A stretch of 64,000 nt of DNA from NCBI GenBank assembly GCA_965217585.1, contig OZ244561.1:672001-736000 (forward strand), read 5' to 3'. The first letter of the stretch is position 1, and every line of letters begins with the position of its first letter. The stretch is from Candidatus Latescibacterota bacterium. Lineage in GTDB: Bacteria; Latescibacterota; UBA2968; UBA8231. A model generated the notes under the pieces. The model was not told where the DNA came from. It did not search any database and saw nothing but the letters and a program-made list of their open reading frames with translations. Shown here piece after piece: positions 46,865 to 55,582 of the stretch. The translations under genes were made by a program, and so were the position numbers.

Positions 46865-48538
46865 ATGGACGCTAAAGTTTGGGGCTTCTCAATCGCACTT
46901 TTGGCTATATGCATGAGTTGCGCAGAGGAGACTGATGCTCCAGAAGTCACTCAGGATGATCTGGTAGTCGCCGAGGTGGGAGACAAGGCGATAACCGTCA
47001 AGCAATTGCGAGAATTCAGCGATAACCTTCCCAAACGTCACCAGAGCATAAAAACAGGGCTGGAGAGAGAAAGGGATCACCTGCAGACAATGATCGATAT
47101 GGAGTTTCTGCTAATGGAGGCCCTAAACGAGCGTATTGCCCAAAGCCCTGATTTTCTCAGAAAAATGGAAACAATAAAAAAAAGAAAGCTTGTCGGTGTA
47201 TTTCAACAAAGAAATATAAAGGTAAAAATAAAAGAAAATGAGATACAAGAATACGTGGAAAGGGAGGAACTCTCTAGGGCACTCAGGCTAGGGGATATAT
47301 TAGTCGATAGCAAGGATAAAGCAGAGGCTGTGTTCGCGGAACTCAAAGGAGGGGAAAGTTTTGCGCAGGTTGCTGAGAAATGGTCCATGAATAAAGATAC
47401 TTCAACTAGGGGTGGCGATATGGGCCAATATCTCATCAAAGATCAAATGATCCCAATTCTCCAGGATACGTTATTCTCTCTTGCGGTGGGCGAGGTATCA
47501 GCACCCATAAAAATTGGCAACCGCTATTCGATTTTTAAAGTCATCGCTGAAAAGATCATCAATCTCAACCCACAACAGCGGACGAAGATCGAACAGGATT
47601 TCGGAATAATTAAACTTGGTCTTGAAAGGGCGGCTTTGGTAGAACAGCTCAAGAATAGGTACCGTCTTGAAGTGGACCGAGGAGGGTTGAAAGCTTTTGT
47701 TGAAAGTTTGCGTCAAGGCGCATTATTTGCTGCGGAGGATGAACACAACATCGTCATCTATAGATACGACAAGGGACAAATAACCGCAGGAGATCTTGTC
47801 GACGTGGCTGGTGATCTTAAGGGTGATGTCCTTGCCAGTCTTACAGATGGCAAACGAGTACTCTCTTTTGCAGAGAAATATGCCATTCCCGCCATAATGA
47901 TAATGGAAGCCGCTCTGGATGCCGGCATAGATAAGGAAGAAGAGATAACAACATGGCTCAAAGATCAGAGGAGACAGCTTTTACTAGCAGAACTTAGGAG
48001 CAAAGCGTTGGAGGGCAAAATTAACCTGTCTACGGAGGCCCTTCAGCAGCACTACGACAGCCATCCGAAAAAGTACCTGCATCCTGAGCAACTAGATATA
48101 CAGGAAATACTGGTAGAGACAGAGCCAGAGGCACAGCGCCTTATCGAGAAGATTCAAGAGGGGGTCCCGATGGGCGAACTCGCACGGAAGTATACTCTCC
48201 GGTCCGTACAGGACCAGGGTGATGAAGAAGGCAGATTCCATTTTCACGAACACGAAAGTCCGCATTTTGGCGGTTTAGTAGAGGCCGCGTTTGAGGCTCA
48301 GATAGGGGAACTAAAAGGCCCTGTTGAGGTGAAGGACGGTTATTCTATATTCAAGGTACTATCTAGGGAACGAAAGAGGGAGACCTTTGCGGAGGCCAAA
48401 TGGCGGGTCAGAAGAGAGGTTAAAAAGATTAAATCCCGGGCGGTATTTAATCGATATGTAGAAGGCCTGCGGAATAAATACGAATCACATGTAAGCATTC
48501 GGGAAGATCATCTCAAAACTGCTTTCGAGATGAGGTAG
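46865..48538 (+). CDS. SurA/PrsA-like lipoprotein with two parvulin PPIase domains
   Basis: Lipobox CMSC; VAEVG; GESFAQVAEKWS..K...RGGDMG; second domain IQEILV...ELARKYT...GPVEVKDGYSIFKV. Confidence 0.88.
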   Translation: MDAKVWGFSIALLAICMSCAEETDAPEVTQDDLVVAEVGDKAITVKQLREFSDNLPKRHQSIKTGLERERDHLQTMIDMEFLLMEALNERIAQSPDFLRKMETIKKRKLVGVFQQRNIKVKIKENEIQEYVEREELSRALRLGDILVDSKDKAEAVFAELKGGESFAQVAEKWSMNKDTSTRGGDMGQYLIKDQMIPILQDTLFSLAVGEVSAPIKIGNRYSIFKVIAEKIINLNPQQRTKIEQDFGIIKLGLERAALVEQLKNRYRLEVDRGGLKAFVESLRQGALFAAEDEHNIVIYRYDKGQITAGDLVDVAGDLKGDVLASLTDGKRVLSFAEKYAIPAIMIMEAALDAGIDKEEEITTWLKDQRRQLLLAELRSKALEGKINLSTEALQQHYDSHPKKYLHPEQLDIQEILVETEPEAQRLIEKIQEGVPMGELARKYTLRSVQDQGDEEGRFHFHEHESPHFGGLVEAAFEAQIGELKGPVEVKDGYSIFKVLSRERKRETFAEAKWRVRREVKKIKSRAVFNRYVEGLRNKYESHVSIREDHLKTAFEMR

Positions 48539-48628
48539 AGGCGCGTGCTGTATGTCCCGTGTAACCGGCGGTATCCGACTAGTTGCCGCGCTAGGTCTTG
48601 ACGCGGATTGAGGTCGGCAAGAAACGGG

Positions 48629-50623
48629 ATGGAATTGAAAAATCAAGTCCCAACGGAATACCAAGATTATATAAAAAGCCAGCAGCCATCCGGTCAGGAT
48701 CTTGAAGGCATTCCCGCACGGGGAATACTGATCGGGGCGGTGCTGGCTTTTCTGCTCAATTTCCTAGATGCCTATGCCACGACCATCATCCGTGGCTCGT
48801 ACCTGACCTTAAACTTCAGCACTCCGGCCGCGCTGTTTTTTTTGTTTTTTGTGGTCCTGGCCAGCGGTCTGGTCAACCTCCTCCGCCGACCTCTGGCTCT
48901 GAATCGATCCGAGCTGATCACGATCTACATTATGCTGGTAGTGGCCTGCTGTATCCCGGGCATGGGCTTCACGCAATTCATAATTCCCTGTCTTTTGGGT
49001 TCCACTTACTATGCCACGCCCGAGAACAACTGGGATTTCCTCTACAACCAGTACATCCCCGACTGGATGATCCCCCGGGGCGAAAACGTGGCGCGTTTCT
49101 TCTACGAAGGTCTGCCCGAGGGTGCGGCCATCCCCTGGGGCGCTTGGGTAGTACCGCTGAGTTTCTGGTACGGGTTTTTTCTGGTGCTCAGCTTCGCCAT
49201 GATCTGCACCATGGTCATCCTACGTCAGCAGTGGATGGACCGGGAAAAGCTAGTCTATCCACTGGTCCAAGTGCCCATGGAGATGATCGGTCGAGAAAAG
49301 GGAGGAATGATTGGTCGGTCGTTTTTCACCAACAAAGCCATGTGGATCGGCTTTGCCGTATCATCCATTCTGCTCAGTATCAACGGCCTGCACTCCTACT
49401 TTCCGACCTTTCCGCATACCACCAAGACCTTCGTATTGCCCTTATTCCGCGATACGGTCAGCCTGAATTTCTGGTTTAGTCCGCCTTGGACAGGCTTTTT
49501 CTACTTCGTCAACCTCGATATCACGGCCTCAATCTGGATATTCTACATTCTCACCACTGTCCAGCGGGGCATTTTCAATATCGTCGGCTTGCAGAGCACG
49601 GAGCGGATCGATTTCTACTCTATCGAACCTTTTCTGGCCCATCAGGGCATGGGCTCCATGATCGTCTTTGTGCTAGTGGGGTTGTGGGTGGGACGCGGCC
49701 ATTTACAAAATGTATACCGCAAAGCCTTCCATGGCGACGAAGAGGTCGACGACAGCGGCGAGATGCTATCCTACCGGCAGGCCCTTTTCGGCCTGCTAGC
49801 GGCGCTTGCCCTAGTGGTGGTCTGTCTATGCATGATGGGACTAACTTTTCCCACGGCACTTTTATTCATCTTTGGTGCGATGATGCTGTTTATAGGGCTA
49901 ACTCGGGTAGTGGCCGAAGGGGGCATCCCGGCCATGCGGCCCCCTATCATGACTTCGAGCTTTGTCATTTCGGGGGCCGGTGCCTCGGCCTTGGGTGCCT
50001 CGGGTCTGGTAGCCCTGGGCTTTTCCTACGGCTGGCACTCCGAAGTGCGCTCCTTTGTCATGGCGTCTGTAGCCAACGGACTGAAGATGGGTGAGATCAT
50101 CACCGGTTCCAAGCGCCGGCTATTCTGGGCCGTGGTCATTGCCATTGTGGTCAGTCTGGCCGGCTCGTCGTATATGACCCTAGTGCTGGCCTACAAATAC
50201 GGGGGCATCAATCTCAATCCGCTCTTTTTTGTGGGGCAGGCCCCCACCTTCGGTCCTCGGGATATGGCCCCGCGCATCGCCGCAGAGCTGCCCGGCCCAA
50301 GACTGGACGCTTGGCTGTTCATGGGCATTGGTGGGGGGGTGATGGCCCTGCTGATGTGGGCGCGGCACCAGTTCGTCTGGTGGCCGCTCAATCCCCTCGG
50401 CTATACCATCAGCGCCAACTGGAAGACGGGACATATCTTTGGCAGCGCCTTTCTCGCGTGGCTGCTCAAACTGTTAATTCTGCGCTACGGTGGTTCCAAG
50501 CTGTACCGGGGTTTGCGGCCATTTTTTCTCGGCCTGATCTTGGGCGAGATCGTGACGGCGGGCGGATGGCTGGTGCTGGATTATATAACCGGACACATGG
50601 GGAGCTTTCTCACGCAAATCTAA
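48629..50623 (+). CDS. Multi-TM inner-membrane protein (DUF6785/DUF6784-like, putative transporter)
   Basis: About 15 hydrophobic segments; YYATPEN.W, FFYEGLP.G.AIPW.AW, QW...E.LVYPLVQVP, RVVAEGG, WWPLNPLG, PFFLGLILG. DUF name is from recall. Confidence 0.82.
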   Translation: MELKNQVPTEYQDYIKSQQPSGQDLEGIPARGILIGAVLAFLLNFLDAYATTIIRGSYLTLNFSTPAALFFLFFVVLASGLVNLLRRPLALNRSELITIYIMLVVACCIPGMGFTQFIIPCLLGSTYYATPENNWDFLYNQYIPDWMIPRGENVARFFYEGLPEGAAIPWGAWVVPLSFWYGFFLVLSFAMICTMVILRQQWMDREKLVYPLVQVPMEMIGREKGGMIGRSFFTNKAMWIGFAVSSILLSINGLHSYFPTFPHTTKTFVLPLFRDTVSLNFWFSPPWTGFFYFVNLDITASIWIFYILTTVQRGIFNIVGLQSTERIDFYSIEPFLAHQGMGSMIVFVLVGLWVGRGHLQNVYRKAFHGDEEVDDSGEMLSYRQALFGLLAALALVVVCLCMMGLTFPTALLFIFGAMMLFIGLTRVVAEGGIPAMRPPIMTSSFVISGAGASALGASGLVALGFSYGWHSEVRSFVMASVANGLKMGEIITGSKRRLFWAVVIAIVVSLAGSSYMTLVLAYKYGGINLNPLFFVGQAPTFGPRDMAPRIAAELPGPRLDAWLFMGIGGGVMALLMWARHQFVWWPLNPLGYTISANWKTGHIFGSAFLAWLLKLLILRYGGSKLYRGLRPFFLGLILGEIVTAGGWLVLDYITGHMGSFLTQI

Positions 50624-50683
50624 AACCCTCCTCTGCTCGGCATGGTAGCGCAGAAGCGCCAGCCCCTCAAAGCCCTTTGGGTC

Positions 50684-51964
50684 CTATTGACCGCGCAGAT
50701 ATTCGTCTGGTTTGGCCGCATTGGACGGCCAGTACCCGTCCCGTGATTGATGCCATTGCGCGCCGCACAGGCCGCTTATCACGCTCCATTCGGACGGACT
50801 GGGATCCGGGTCTGGGTGAAAGAGAAATCGCTGGGCACCGGCGGCCTCCGAGGCTTTGAGAATGCCGGCTAAGTCGCGGGCTGGCATGGCGTCTCCGGCG
50901 TGCGGGGAGCGGCCGGTGGACACCCAGAAGATAGTTTTATCGACATCTTTGATGGCCTCTAGCGCCCGCCGCGTTTCGCTGTACACGACTTCGGCGAAGA
51001 ACTCGTCGGGGAAACCCATCTCCATGTCCAGCAGCGACTCGACATTGGGCAGGCGCAGGCCGAACAGCGATTCGACCAGCAGGAAGCAGTCGGCTTCAGT
51101 CAGAGAGGGGTTCCACTCGGCGAATTTTTGCACCCAGCGGGCAATCGTGCCGTACATGCCGTCGAAGCCGCGATGCCAGTAGTAGTGCTTGGGGAAAATA
51201 TAGTCGAAGTATGGCGGCATCTGCTGATAATCCTGGCCGGTCAGGGAAGAAAAAGTGGTGATGCGCGGAATGCCACCCAGTTCGACATAGCGGTTCACTG
51301 CGTCCAAGTCGGCGCGGGCCCGCTCCCAGGAACGCCGCGACTTTTCCCCCCGAGCCCGCAGCCAGTACAGGGCGTCTTCGTTGATATCGAAGAGATTCAG
51401 GCCCGCCAGAGTACCACCCGGGGCCCAATAGCGCACGAGATCCGGGGTGAGGTTGTGGAAACGCTGGCTCATATGGGCAATGCCGCGCTCCAGCCGGTCG
51501 ATGGCAAAGCCCAAGTTGGCGAACTCGCTACGCTCGCCGTCGCGCAATTCAAAGAGTTCGCCGCCGTGGTGCCAAGCTAGTTCGTAGTGGTTCTCGCCGG
51601 GTCCGTCGATGATCACTCCGTTGACCTGGGGATAGCGGTTTATCAAGCTCTGCACGTGGGCGGTGGTACCGCTGTCGAATACCATGATATGCCAACCGCG
51701 CCCAGCGGCATCATCCAGCATAGCGCTTAGTCCCCGCTCCTTTTCCAGATTGCGGGGCTGCTCCTCGGGTGCTTCCAGCCCCAAGTCGGCGTAGGCTTTA
51801 GGATCTTGTGGAAAAGCGGGAATTCGGCTGCCGTCGTCCTCCGTAAAAAACATGCGCCCTACCACAATGCCGCGCACTCCGCCCGCTTCCCAAGCGTCGA
51901 AGATATGCTTGTAGTTGGCCATGTAGCGTTCGAGCGGATTGAAAACGAAAATCCAGCATTGCAT
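50684..51964 (-). CDS. Hypothetical protein (426 aa)
   Basis: Long ORF with strong SD AAGGAGGT; function not recognised. Confidence 0.75.
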   Translation of the reverse strand: MQCWIFVFNPLERYMANYKHIFDAWEAGGVRGIVVGRMFFTEDDGSRIPAFPQDPKAYADLGLEAPEEQPRNLEKERGLSAMLDDAAGRGWHIMVFDSGTTAHVQSLINRYPQVNGVIIDGPGENHYELAWHHGGELFELRDGERSEFANLGFAIDRLERGIAHMSQRFHNLTPDLVRYWAPGGTLAGLNLFDINEDALYWLRARGEKSRRSWERARADLDAVNRYVELGGIPRITTFSSLTGQDYQQMPPYFDYIFPKHYYWHRGFDGMYGTIARWVQKFAEWNPSLTEADCFLLVESLFGLRLPNVESLLDMEMGFPDEFFAEVVYSETRRALEAIKDVDKTIFWVSTGRSPHAGDAMPARDLAGILKASEAAGAQRFLFHPDPDPSPSEWSVISGLCGAQWHQSRDGYWPSNAAKPDEYLRGQ

Positions 51965-52006
51965 CGTCTAACCTCCTTAGGTTGATGGCCTTTCAACTCG
52001 ACCTTC

Positions 52007-52819
52007 TCATCTCTGTTTGTAAAGCCGCGACCCCTTGTCTTCTCTCCGGTACTGCGGCGGCGTAATAACCGCCTGCTGCTCCTTTGTCAACTCGGCGTAG
52101 AAATCCGGCGGTGTATAGGTCCCCATCAGCGATTCGGCTTGGACGCCGTGGTTGTAGCGCAAAATCACCGAGCGCCGCTGGTGTTTGGCCGTCCACGGCA
52201 GGGCCCCGTGCATCAGCGTCTCGACGAACAGTATCGCGTCGCCAGCTTTGGCTGGGATCTGCGCGATGCGATCCTGGTGCGCCTCGTACAGCCGGATCTC
52301 GTCCGGGCAGGGATAGTTGGCCTTATGGCTGCCGGGCAGACAGGCGAAACCCCCATCCTCCGGCCCCACATCCGCCAACTGTACGGCGATATTGGTCATC
52401 CCGCAAAACATCCGGCCATTGCGGTAGAGGAAACCCCGCGAGCGGTCGAGCGGCTCACCGCCCTCGTGGAACCAGAAGCCTTCGGCCCCCTCGTCCATGG
52501 TGATGATCCCCAGGCCCTCCAAGCGAAAACCCGGTCCCAGCAATTCTTCCAGATAAGGCTTGAACCTCGCATGGGCGATCGTCGCCCGGAACGGATCGCA
52601 ATGCGGTTTGTCCCACGTCAGCATCCCGCCCAAATCGCCGCGTCCCTGCGCGCCCTTGAGCGTCTCCGATTCGTGGGCCAAGTCATTGGCGCGGATACCG
52701 ATTTGGTCGGCGTGGTGGTCAATCGCCGCATTGGCCGCCGCCACTTCCTGCGGCGAGAGCGCGCCTTCAATCACCAAATAGCCGTGTACTTCGAAGAGAT
52801 ACTTTTCCACTTCGTTCAT
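52007..52819 (-). CDS. PhyH-family Fe(II)/2OG enzyme with HxG instead of HxD
   Basis: FEVHGYLVI, WFHEGG, GGFACLPGSHK, KAGDAILF, HGALPW...RR. Confidence 0.85.
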   Translation of the reverse strand: MNEVEKYLFEVHGYLVIEGALSPQEVAAANAAIDHHADQIGIRANDLAHESETLKGAQGRGDLGGMLTWDKPHCDPFRATIAHARFKPYLEELLGPGFRLEGLGIITMDEGAEGFWFHEGGEPLDRSRGFLYRNGRMFCGMTNIAVQLADVGPEDGGFACLPGSHKANYPCPDEIRLYEAHQDRIAQIPAKAGDAILFVETLMHGALPWTAKHQRRSVILRYNHGVQAESLMGTYTPPDFYAELTKEQQAVITPPQYRREDKGSRLYKQR

Positions 52820-52907
52820 TGTCGACCTGCTTTTCCTTGTGCCTTATGGAATATTAACACACACAAGGTCCGTCCGTCAGCCCTCACGGCACCAATACTC
52901 CAGGCAG

Positions 52908-53417
52908 TTAAGCGGGCAGCACCTCGCGCAAGACCCGCAGGTAATTCCCGCCACATATCTTGCTCGCGTCCTCCGCGCTGAATCCCGCATCCAGCAAGCC
53001 CTCTACCACCCAAGGCAATACCGCACTGTTGAAGTGGGTACCGATCCCCACGCCGTCCACACCCATCACATCAGCGGCGTAGCGAACCCGCACCAAGGTC
53101 TGCTCCAACTGTTCTGGCGCGACCGCCCCATAGGGCGCGTCCCCCGGCGGCCGGATAATCGGCGGCGGGATCCCCAACACGCCTCCGCGCTCGGCCAACG
53201 CCCGCATAACCTCGTCGGGTGCCGCCCTGAGATCGCCGACCAATGCCCGCGGATTCGAGTGCTTCGGCAAACTTGGGAAAGTCACCGCGACAACCACTCG
53301 CGTCTTTTTTGCCCAGGTCAATATCGTCGATCACGAAACGGGGATGGGTCAGGTTTAACTCCAGCTATCGCATACTAAATGCGGCCAAATGCGGCCGGAG
53401 GGCAATCTCATGGTCAT
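52908..53417 (-). pseudogene. Membrane dipeptidase (peptidase M19) remnant with internal deletions
   Basis: Pieces in different frames: MTMRLPSG...LVCDS; ...GCRGDFPKFAE; HSNPRAL...DEVMRALAERGGVLGI...VGIGTHF...GGNYLRV. Confidence 0.75.
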
Positions 53418-53418
53418 C

Positions 53419-54195
53419 TTATTCACCGAGCGCTTGGTCGAAATCCCGGCGGCAAGCGGCCAAAACCTGCGCTAGGGCAAAATCGCCGCCATAAGCCAGC
53501 ATCTGCGCCCCTTGTGCGCGGTATTTGGCCAGCAACTCAGGCGTGCCAGCGGGTATCCCCCAGGCTTTGCCGTGTTTTTTCGCCGCCGCCGCGACTTTGG
53601 CGACAGCCTGATCGAGATCGACATCCCCCCCGGCCACACCGAGCCGCAACCCCAAGTCTGCCGGGCCGACGAAGAGCCCGTCCACCCCCTCGACCGCGGC
53701 GATCTCCTCGACATTGGCCAGCGCTTGCGGGGTTTCGATCTGCAAGACGACGAAGGTCTCGCGATTGGCGTCGTCGATATAGGTACTGCCCTCATGCCAT
53801 ACGTCGAGACCGAAATCACCGTCCAAACCCGCCCCGTCCAAACCGCGATTGCCCAGGGGTGGGTACTTCACCGCCGCGACGATTTGGCGCGCCAGAGCCG
53901 CATCGGCAACCAGCGGCATCATCAGACCGGTCGCGCCGTCCTCGAGATAGCGATAGAGGCGGGTGCGCTCAAGCGTCGGGGGCCGCAACATGCAATCGAT
54001 ATCGCAGGCGCGACATAAAGCCAACAGGCCCTGGACCTCGCGCTGATCCATCGCCCGGTGTTCCAAGTCGAGCCAGATGCCGTCATAGCCGTTGTGGGCG
54101 GCATAGCGCACGAAGAACGGCAGATAATGCCCTAGGCCACAAATGCGGGCACACCGCCCCGTGCGCATTTTTTCCAAGACTTTGCTCTTTCTCAT
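53419..54195 (-). CDS. HpcH/HpaI aldolase family protein
   Basis: DGIWLDLEH, KYPPLGNRG, QIET...NVEEIAAVEGVDGLFVGPADL. Confidence 0.93.
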   Translation of the reverse strand: MRKSKVLEKMRTGRCARICGLGHYLPFFVRYAAHNGYDGIWLDLEHRAMDQREVQGLLALCRACDIDCMLRPPTLERTRLYRYLEDGATGLMMPLVADAALARQIVAAVKYPPLGNRGLDGAGLDGDFGLDVWHEGSTYIDDANRETFVVLQIETPQALANVEEIAAVEGVDGLFVGPADLGLRLGVAGGDVDLDQAVAKVAAAAKKHGKAWGIPAGTPELLAKYRAQGAQMLAYGGDFALAQVLAACRRDFDQALGE

Positions 54196-54238
54196 ATTCC
54201 CCGCTTTGATGGAGAGTTGCGTTGCTACATATAGTATA

Positions 54239-55471
54239 CTACCGCAAATACGCCTGCTCCACCTTCGCAAACGCCTCCGCAATATCCGCTACCTCCTGCT
54301 CGGCAAAATTCTCGTGGATCGACATGATAAAGTGGCTTTCAACCGCATCAACGGCGTTGGGACAGGTAAACTGTGCATTGCGGTCTCCTCCATACGCCGG
54401 CAATCCCCACGGATAGTCGCTGCCGGGAAAGACCTGCCGCTCCTTAAACCAGATCGCCTCGGAAGGGATATAGCGATACGTAGCTGTCACCGGAATCCCC
54501 TCTGCAGCTACTGCCCGGGCAAAGCCGTCTTTGTCCACCCGGAGCTTGTCGGCATCTACGTGGAAGCGCATAAACCAGTACACCCCCTCCGACTCGGCCA
54601 CCTGCCATCCCAGCCGCACCGCCTTGCGCTCGGCAATGGCCTCGGCGATCTGCGCTGCTACCCGACGTCGCTTGGCGATCATCGCATCGAGCTTCTTTAG
54701 CTGCACCCGCCCAATAGCGGCCGACAGGTCGTTGCCGTTGAGATTAAGTCCGGCGCGCAGGTTGGAGGCCGCATCCGTATTAAAAGGCTTGCCCCGGTCG
54801 GCAAAGCGCTTGGCCTCCCAGCAGAGTTCTTCGTCGCGGGTAAAAACCACCCCGCCCTGCGGACCCGTCGCGTGGTGTTTGCCGCTCATGGTCGAAAAAG
54901 CCGCCACCGTGCCCAACGATCCCGCTAGCTGCCCTTTGTAGCACGCTCCATGAGCTTGGGCACAATCCTCGATGATCGGGATGCCGCGCTCCTCGGCTAG
55001 CGCCAAAATTGGCGTCATATCCGCGGGTTCGCCGGCGATATGGGCCACGACAATGGCGCGGGTGTGAGGCGTTAGCACCGCCTCAATCTGCTCAGCACCG
55101 GCGTTGAACGACCCCGGCGCGGCATCGGCAACCACTGGCACTTGGCACAACAGCGCCGCGGGCATCGCCCCACCCGGATCCGTAATCGGCGGGATCACTA
55201 CCTCGCCAGCCGCTTCTAGCTTTAGGGCTCCCAATGCCGCGTAGAGCGCCGCAGTACCCGAATTGACCAAATCGGCGTAGCCACCACCCATGAATGCGGC
55301 AAACTCCCGCTCATAGGCCAATTCCTCTGGCCCACTATAGCCGATCGCAGCGCCGCTCTCCATCGCCGCAGAGAACAGCCGCAGCGCGGCCTGGCGCTCT
55401 TCAGCCCCAAAGAGATGCCGTTGGGGAAATGGCGTCTCGCGGACTTTTGGTCCCCCGTCTATTGCCAACAT
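54239..55471 (-). CDS. DegT/DnrJ/EryC1/StrS family PLP aminotransferase
   Basis: LAIDGG, NSGTAAL, IEDCAQAHGA, FSTMSGKH; start taken at ATG 55471. Confidence 0.93.
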   Translation of the reverse strand: MLAIDGGPKVRETPFPQRHLFGAEERQAALRLFSAAMESGAAIGYSGPEELAYEREFAAFMGGGYADLVNSGTAALYAALGALKLEAAGEVVIPPITDPGGAMPAALLCQVPVVADAAPGSFNAGAEQIEAVLTPHTRAIVVAHIAGEPADMTPILALAEERGIPIIEDCAQAHGACYKGQLAGSLGTVAAFSTMSGKHHATGPQGGVVFTRDEELCWEAKRFADRGKPFNTDAASNLRAGLNLNGNDLSAAIGRVQLKKLDAMIAKRRRVAAQIAEAIAERKAVRLGWQVAESEGVYWFMRFHVDADKLRVDKDGFARAVAAEGIPVTATYRYIPSEAIWFKERQVFPGSDYPWGLPAYGGDRNAQFTCPNAVDAVESHFIMSIHENFAEQEVADIAEAFAKVEQAYLR

Positions 55472-55582
55472 TATAATAAACTTCCTCCCTCGACAGTGTG
55501 TCACTGGCGCTAGCCAGAACCATACAAGTAATTTAGCAAGATCGCACCACTCGCCGCCCATAACTAGCATACTGCTACTAAT

